DNA of 64,000 nt from a virus (taxonomy: Duplodnaviria > Caudoviricetes): IMG/VR virus record IMGVR_UViG_3300005613_000060, positions 59 through 64,058 of that record; one strand, 5' to 3'. The notes beneath the pieces are model-generated. The model did not search any database. It saw nothing but the letters and a program-made list of their open reading frames with translations, and was not told the origin of the DNA. How positions within the stretch are numbered: the first letter of the stretch is position 1; every line of letters starts with the position of its first letter. The position numbers and the translations under genes are program-made. Positions 1 to 9,000 of this stretch are shown piece by piece.

Positions 1-3000
1 CATATGATTCAGAAGGAATTCTTTTTTCAAATGTTTTCTCAGACCTTTTTGTACCATGATAAACAATATCTTTTACTTTACTATCAGGAAATATAGTATC
101 AAGATATTGAGAGTATTGTTCAGGAGTTCCTATATTAGCTAATTCAGGATTAGATTCAAATAGTTCTAACACACCTTCTTTAACACTAGTAGATGATTGA
201 GTAGGTTGAGTAGATTTACTTCTTAGTTCTTCCACTACTTCTGCTAAAGCTGTAGGATGCATACCTTGACCTCTAGCAGCTAACTTACCTGCATATAATA
301 GAGTAGCACCGTCTAGCTTACCTTGGTTAATTTGATCAAGTATCCAAGCTCTTTGTTGTGATTTTAATTGCATTCCTGTATCATTATTAAAGCCAAACTC
401 TTCTAAAAGTCTTTGTTTTAAATATTGATATGTTTGAGGAGCTTTTTCTTTTAGTTTAGCTAATCCAGTACCTAATCCATCTTTAGGAAATACTACATCT
501 TTTCCAGTAGCTTTTATTTTAGCAATATCTTCATCTATTACAGCTTTATTTTTAGTTAAATCTTTATCAGTCATAAAAGCAGACTCTGCATTAGAAGGAG
601 CAAGTTTAGTAGCAATACCTATAGCATTAGGATTATTTCTAATCTGAGCTTGTCCCCCTGTACCAGCTCTTTGAGTATTATCCCCAAAACCATATATTTT
701 ATTTGGATTAGCCTTTACATCAGCATCTGTATATCTGTCAACAATTTCTAGATTTGTAGTAAGCCAGTTTTTATAAGCTACCACAGCTGCACCTATACTA
801 GGTACTTTTATAGTACCACCATAACCCGCCTCACTAAAAGGATTACCAAAATGTTCATTAGGTTTAGCAGATTCAGTACGCATTGTATTAACTCCTTCTG
901 CACTATATACAGGTCTTGTTTTTAAATCTCCCGACCATTCTCTACTTAAATCTATTGTAGGTTTAACACTAGTAGATGATTGAGTAGGTTGAGTAGTAGT
1001 TGTAGGAGCTTGTTGTTGAGTAGTAGCAAATCTAGCTTTAAATGCTTGTTCATTTTTAACATTACCAGAATTAGTTCTAAACTCCCAATCCTTTGGTGCT
1101 AGTACTGTAGTAGGAATACCTAATCTCATACCTGCTTTTGCACCTGCTTCATCAAATCCTGTTTGACCACCGCTTCTAATACCTGTTATTTTAATTTTTA
1201 AATTAGGTGAATTAAGTGCAGCATTTAATAATTGATATGTAAATTCATCTACTTGCTCTTGAGTATATTGTTTCATATCATATATACCATTACCAGCAAT
1301 ATTTAATGTTTTAATATTTTTAGAATTTAAAATATCTACTAACTTATTTACTCTTTCTGGTGTAACATTTAATGTACTTGCGTTTAAAGCAATATATGTT
1401 TTACCTTGTTCATTAACAGATTTTTTAGTAAGTTTTTCACCTGGTGTTTCAAAGTTAATTGCTAAATGTATTGTTGCATCAGCAGAAGCATTAATTCTAG
1501 TTCTAGCTGGATAACCACCAGTTTGATTTTCTTCAAAATTAATTTCAGCTGCAACACCTTGTTGTTGAGTAGATGATTGAGTAGGTTCTTCAATTACTTC
1601 TGGAGTTACCGGTAAGGCAGCTTCTGGATTATTATATTGTTTAGGGTTTGCTTCAATATAGTTTTTAATATAATCTGGAGACATAAGTGTATTAAATACA
1701 CTATTTAAAACTAGACCGTTTTGAGCTTCTAATTTTTCTGCAATAAAGAAATTACTTTCATTTCTAATAATCTCATTAGTTTCACTTTGGTTAACTATAT
1801 CGTTAATACTATTTGCTGAATAACCAACACCATGTTGATAGACCATAGCTCTATTAAATAAAGAAAACCATTCTGATATTCTCTGATTTTCTACAGGATT
1901 AGAAACTTTTTTTACAGTTGGATCTGCAAGTTGTCTTATGTTTTGTTCATAAGAGTCAGAGATTTCTCTATTTAATTCTCTTTTATTTGATAATGTAAGA
2001 ATTTTGTATTTTCTTCTACTAGGTGCTTCTGCAATTTGTAATTTCTGTAATACTGGAAATTGCTCTTTTAATTCTGGATTATCTTTAATTACTTCAAGAA
2101 TTTTTTCAGAGTATGCTAGTTTTTCTCCTTTAAGCATTACATAAGGATTAAAGCTATATATTAAAGCTTTTTCAGTAAGATATGCTTCATATGCTTTAAC
2201 ATCTACATCATCTGTTAGTTTAAGCATAGACTTAAAGTTTAAGAAGTCTTTATCTTTTTTTGCTTTTTCTAAAGAGTTATTAGCTTCTTGTTTAGCTTTT
2301 TCTAGATGATACTTTACAAATACTACTGGGTTTTTAAAATATTCTTTAGAATTAAAAGACATCAATCCTCTAGACTTATATGACTTGTCTGATGAACTTT
2401 GTTTTAAATATAGACCTTCATTATAGTCTTCATTAAGTATATCATAATTAACATAAAGTACATTGTCAATTACTTTTGCAGGGACCTCTAATTTTTTATT
2501 TTCTTTTACTTCATAGCCTCCGTATTCTGTTGGACGGGTAATAATATTACCATTACCATCAGTAATGTGAGACATTGTATTTTGATAAATATAATTAACA
2601 ACTGCGTTACTTAAAGCTGAGGTAAATCTTTCCTGGCCTTCAACACCTGCACCAAATTTATTTTTAATATTGACTCTTTGTGCATAGGTTATATATGTTA
2701 GATAATCTATAAAAGTATCATTTAATCTTAAAGTAAATAATGGTTTTATCAACTCTGTAGAAATATCATTTTTATAAAAAGATGAAAGAATACTATTATT
2801 TTGATAAGCGTCTACTAAATCAGATGGTACTCCTATTTCTTTTTTAATATTTTTAAGATTTGCTTTTCTTTTTGAACTTTGAAAAGAAGTTTTAGAAAGT
2901 TTTGTATCAGGATTAAATAACTTTTTAGCTTCTGAATAACCTCTAGTATCATTCTCAAGTAATAATAAGTGTAAGAAGTAAGCTAAGTTTTTATTCTTTT

Positions 3001-6000
3001 TATTTTCACTTAAGTTTTTCAAAAGAGCTTCATTTGTATAGAGCTCTTCTGTCATTGAGTTAGCTACTATTTCCGCATAAGGTAACAACGTAGGACCTGT
3101 TAATCTGTCTTTTTGATAAGAATATTTAAATTTATTACTTGGGTCAATAAAAGAAAAATCTTGTACATCACCTATAAACGCATCTATGTTTTTAATAGTA
3201 TCTGTTTTTATTTTTTTCCCATCTACTATTATTTCAGGTAATTGTTTTATAGCATCTTTAAATCTTTGAAGGTTAGCTTCAGATTCTAATCTACTATATT
3301 CATTTTCTGAAAGGTATCCTTTAAGGATATTTCCTGCAGCCATCCACTCTTTTTCAGATTGATCTCCTGTAATAATTTTTCTCCAAGGACTTTTTATTTT
3401 TTGTTTCTCCTCTACATACTCTTGAATCAAAGGTTGAGACAAAAAGTATACAGCTGCTCTTTCATCTACACCAGCTTCAATTAAATAATTTAATGTATTT
3501 AAAGATTCTAAATTTGCTCTTACATAAAATACCCATGGATCTTTTTCAACATCCACAAGCCCATTCATTAAATGTGAATGTAAGTCTCCTATTTTAGTTC
3601 CTGACGTGTTTAATTCAGAAGATAAAGATATTCTACCATCTTTGTTTCTCTTATGCTTAAGTCTTATGTTTAATTCTCTTTTAACATTTCCTTTAGCTTT
3701 AACACCGTTTTCATAAACAACATCTTCAACTTCTTTAGGCATTGCTGCACCAATTGATTTTTTAATTGGATGTTGTTTATTTTCTAAAGCTACTATACCT
3801 AAACCATCTTTACCTGTCATATTAACTTTTAAGTTATTAACATTGTATAGTGCTTCAAGTACTCTTGTAGGACTTATATTTTTAGATGTGGGTACTTTTT
3901 GTCTATTTTCAAATCTATTGTAACCTTTTTGATAGTCTTTTACATCCTCTACAATATCTTGTAAAAGATAAGTATCATTAGGTTTAACAAGTAAGGCATA
4001 ATTTTCAGGAAGAAGTAATAGATCTGCAGTAGCTTTAAGAGTTTCATTTTCTAAAGCTTTCTTTTTAATTTGGATTTGATTTCTTATTTCCTTCTTTTCT
4101 TTTTTATCTTTAGCCTTATCATACCTTTCCTCTAGTTCCTTTAAAGATAAAGCTGACTTTATAACTTTGCCACTCTTATCTAAATGAGGATAAGTAAAAA
4201 ACAACTTATCACCATCAAAGTCGGAACCTGCTTTGGCAACTAATTCAGAAGGTACAACTACTTGATTACCAAAACTTTCTGGTAAGAAATGATAAATTTC
4301 TGCAACTTCCATAGAGTTATGCTCCTGAACAGGAATACGTGGACCAGCAATAGTAATTGACTCTCTATTTTCTTCTACCCAAGTTTCATCTTTGATAGCT
4401 TGATTAAGAGTTTCAATATTACCAATAGCTTTTCCTTTATATTCTAAATTTAAAAGATTAACAAAGTCTCCTTGTAGAGCTAGTGCTACTTTCATAGCTT
4501 TTGTTCTACCTTTACTTTTTTGATAAAAAGGTAAACCATTTGTTCCATCTTTAGTATCTACTGACCATTTATTACCAAACATTGAAACAGGCATTTGAAG
4601 TAAAGGTTCTCCTTTTACTTTTTGTTTAATCAACCTTTTTTCAATAATAGAAACTAATGTTTTTTCTATAATGTCTGCTTTAATGTGTATTGATAAATCA
4701 GAGATAAGGTTACCTTTTGGTGTTACACCTATAACATCTAATAAGTGATTTGGTAAATCTCTATCTTCTAACTCTCTTTTAATTAAATCTAGAAACTGGG
4801 AAGGGTTACCAAAATAACTATTAGAAATAGGATCATATTTATATCCAATTTCTTCAAGAAGTTCTAATCTTAAAACATCACTTGAATCATCAATTGCTTT
4901 TTTATATTGAGCAACTTTTTCTTCATAGTTTTTAGTTTTTGGCATACCTTCTGTAAAAGCCCCGTCTAAAATCAAACCTCTTACCTGGGTAGGGTAACTT
5001 GTTTGATTTTTATATTTTCTATTAACAGGAGAAGCTTTCTTCAAGTACTCTACATAAACTCTATTCTTTGTGAATTTTATATCTTCATTAAAACTTTTGT
5101 AGGTTTTACCATTATCAGCATCATCATTATATATCTGATCTCTGGAACCATCGGAAGTTATTGTTGTCCCTTTTGAGCCTGTTCCAAATGTAACATATTG
5201 AATATCTTTTCTGATCATTTGATCATGAAGATTTTGCAAATCACTACCTTCTATTGCATCTGGTATTAAAGGAAACAAAGAAAACTTATGCATAGCTAAT
5301 GCTGTCATTCCTTCATTAGCTAAAGGTCCAAAGTTTTGAAGCTTATAAGGAGGGAAGAAATGTTTAACATCTTCTGTATTGTACTTTTCTTTTCTTACTA
5401 TTTTCTTATAAAAAGTTTCTTGATCATCAGACCAATCATTTTCTAATTTTTTTAAAGTTCTATAAACATCAAAAGTAATGTATCCAGCACCATCACCTTC
5501 TTCCATATTAGAATATTTTTTAATATCCTTTTCTACTTTTTTAGCTACTTTATCTTTATAATCTTTTACTCCGGCATCTTTAAATTGTTGAGTATAAAGT
5601 TCTTCTAAAGATTCTTTAATGTTTTTTAAATAAATAGAATCAATTTTTACATCTCTTAATATAGCTGTATTAAAGACACCTGAATATTTAAATATCTTTT
5701 CTCCAATAGATTCTGAATATGTGTTTACAGGGGCTCCTTCTTCAGCCTTAACATTAAAAACTTCATTAATAAATTTTCTAGCTGCAATATCTGTTCTAAA
5801 CTTAGGACCTCCAGAAGATGCTCCAGTATTTCTTTTGTGAAACTCTTCTTTTGCGTGGTTAAACTGAGCTAAGCTTCCATAAAATAAATGAATCATTTCA
5901 AAGTTATGAATCCAAGAATTATATGTGTAACTTTTCATTACAGCATTTATAGCATCTTTACCTTCTAGTTTTGTTTTTTCTAAAAGAGCTGGAGCTATAT

Positions 6001-9000
6001 ACTCATTGTTTCTTAAGAAATCTCTATTTCTAGTAGTTTCTTCTTTAAAATATCCTGTTACTTCATTAAATAAGTCATTATAAAGATTAGTATCTTGATT
6101 AGTAACATAATCAGTAAGGTTATCTATTCCTTGCTCGATTAAACCGTATAATTTCTTTTTAGTAGTGTCTGTTAGTACATTATCAAATGCTGTAAATAAC
6201 TCACCTGCAAGATACTCTTTACCATCAAATTTAACTTTTTTGTTAAACCCTAAATAGTTTTTATACTTAGGATCACTTTTAAACATTTTAATTCTTTGGA
6301 ATTCTGTTTCAATGTAACCCAAAAGAATATGATCAAAAGCATATTTAACACCTTTGCTTCCATTAAAGGTATTAGTAGGTACATATAAGTGATCATCACC
6401 GACAACACTAATATCATATCTTTTTAATCCACCTTTAACTCTTGCGCCATAAGAAGATTTTTTACTAGCATGTCTTGGATTTTCAGCAACACCTGCTCCT
6501 AATAAAGAATGAATGTTTTGTAAAAAGTAACCATACTGATCTAAGTCTGTAGTATTAACTCCTTCTTTAGTACCATCTGAATTAACAATTTGAGTACCTG
6601 AATTCATAAAAAGCTGAAAGCTTCTCTTAGTTAATCTCTTTCTAGAATCACTAGTAAAATCAAATAATGACTTAATAATTTGAGAATTTTCTGTAAAACT
6701 ATTTTTACTAGGATTTAAAAACTCCATATGTCTAACATTAAGATACATGTCAGAAAGAGTTTTAGCATTATCTAATTCATAACCTATTCTGGTAATTTCA
6801 TTATCTGCTATATGTGGGAATACAGTATCACCTGCTGCATTAGGCACTCCAAAACTTAAAGCTTCAAAACCTTTATTAGCATGTAACTCTGCAAGCTTTT
6901 TTATATTATTAGACTGATTAACTTCTTTATCTTTTTCTAATACTCCTTTTTCTATTTTAGAATTTATTGTAGTAAGAGGATTTTTCTTAAAGTTTTCAAG
7001 AAATTCATTTTGCTTAACATTATATACTCTTTCTCCTCTTTCAATTATTGCAGCTTTTTTTGCAATATCAAAAATATAAGCTATACCGTATTCCTTAAAG
7101 TTTGTTTCTAAGTCTTCTTTAATTGCTATAGTATCATCTAAGTATAAGCCTAAACCTCTTAAGAAACCAAAGATTTTATTTCCATCTTTGTCAATGCTTC
7201 CGCTATCATTCTTATATTTATTTACTAACTCATTAACATTAAGTAAGTTAACATTATCAGATGTTCTTTGAACAAATGGATTTTCTAAATCATTTTTAAA
7301 TGTATTTACCCATCTCTGAATAATAACAGGAGCTTCCATAGAAGCTTCTATAATTTTTACTTCACCTGTTTCTGCAAAGTAAGTAGTTTGTAGATAAGGT
7401 AACTCAGACTTAGAAAAGTCTTGCCATAGAGCAGTTACAGTATCAAATTCAGAACTTGTTTTAGCATAATCTGCAGGGTTTGGAAGCTTGTATTTAATAA
7501 GTTGTTTTAACTCAGGTATAAGATCTTGTGATTCAACTAGTTTATCATACATTACTTGAGGATCTTTAATACCTGCAATTTGTCTAGTAACTAAGTTCCA
7601 TACGTTATAAAAGTCAGCTCTTTTCTTAAACCCGTATTCATCTAATTCATTCTTTCCTTCTCTATTAACAGCAAATAAACTTTTAAATATATACTTAGTT
7701 TGTGGATTAGCATCATCTAATATAGATGTCTTACCTACTTTTTTATCCCATACTTCTGCAGAATCACTTCCAGATTCAGGATCAGTAATATCTACCTCTT
7801 CTCCATTTTCATCTACATAGTCAGTACCTTCAAGACTATCTTTATCATCAGCTCTTAAATACTCATAAGCTGAGTTTTGCAAGTGATAGTTTACAAAACC
7901 ATTACTTGGATCTCCAAAGTTTGCTAATGTAGTTTCTAATACTTTAATTTTATTAAGTAAGTTATTTTGTTCTGCAGTAAGAGGTTTTAACTGAGGTTTT
8001 TCTTTTATTACTACATCTTTAAAATTTTGAGCTCCTGCCTGTAGATAATTATCATACTGATCAATTATATCAGTTTGATCCGCTACTACCATAATTTGTA
8101 CCGGAGTACCATCTTTATTTACAAGATCATTGTGGTAATAAAAATCTGCAACAATGTTTATATCAAAATAAACTTGACCTTTAACTCTTAATCCTTTTTT
8201 AAGAGCTGGTGTTAGCTTCGTAAAATCACTTATTTGTGAAGTAGTAAAAGCGTAGAGCTTTTCCTCATTTTTCTTAACAATAAACCCGGCTGAAATCTTT
8301 TCTAATTGATCAACAGTAGTAGCTTGATTAAAACTTTTATCAGATATATCACCAAGCTTATTTCTAAACTCTTTTGCTTTAGCATCTAAAGTTTTTCTTA
8401 CTTGCTCATAAAGTTTAGCCTTATTGTTGGAACTTCTTAATGCACTAATTACATATGCTTTATTTTTTGTTTTTTCAACAAGGCTATCAAGATATTCAGA
8501 TATAATACTATCAGTTGCATTAAGCATAGCATCTGCTTCTGTAGGGCTTAATACATAATCTTTAACTTTACTTACTCCTCTAACACCTCTGTTTAATTCA
8601 TTAAACATGATGTTATCTATGGAAGGTGTAAGATTATTAAATGTTCCAAAGTATAATTTATTAAACATCTCATTTACCGCAGGTATTTGAGTTGCACTAA
8701 ATGAATCACTTTTTGTAACCCCTTTTCCAAATAAAGCTTTTAAGAAGTTCCACATTTTTCTAAAAATAGAATTTCTTTTTGGAGAACCTTTTTTAGCTTT
8801 TTGATTTCTTGCATAATCTCTAAAGTCTTCAGCAAGCATTTCTTCTATTTCAAAAAAACTTAAATCTTTATACTTAGGATTACTATTTCTAACTTCATTA
8901 TAGAGATCTATTTTTTGAGGTTTAGTTAGGAATAATTGTGAGAACCCGTGCCACGCCTCATGATAAACATCAACAGAAGAACCTTTACCTATTTTAATTT

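Noticed and set aside
179-1587. Linker repeats as a CRISPR array
   Set aside because: Spacing is 600-780 nt, the repeats are in frame within a CDS, and no cas genes are present.
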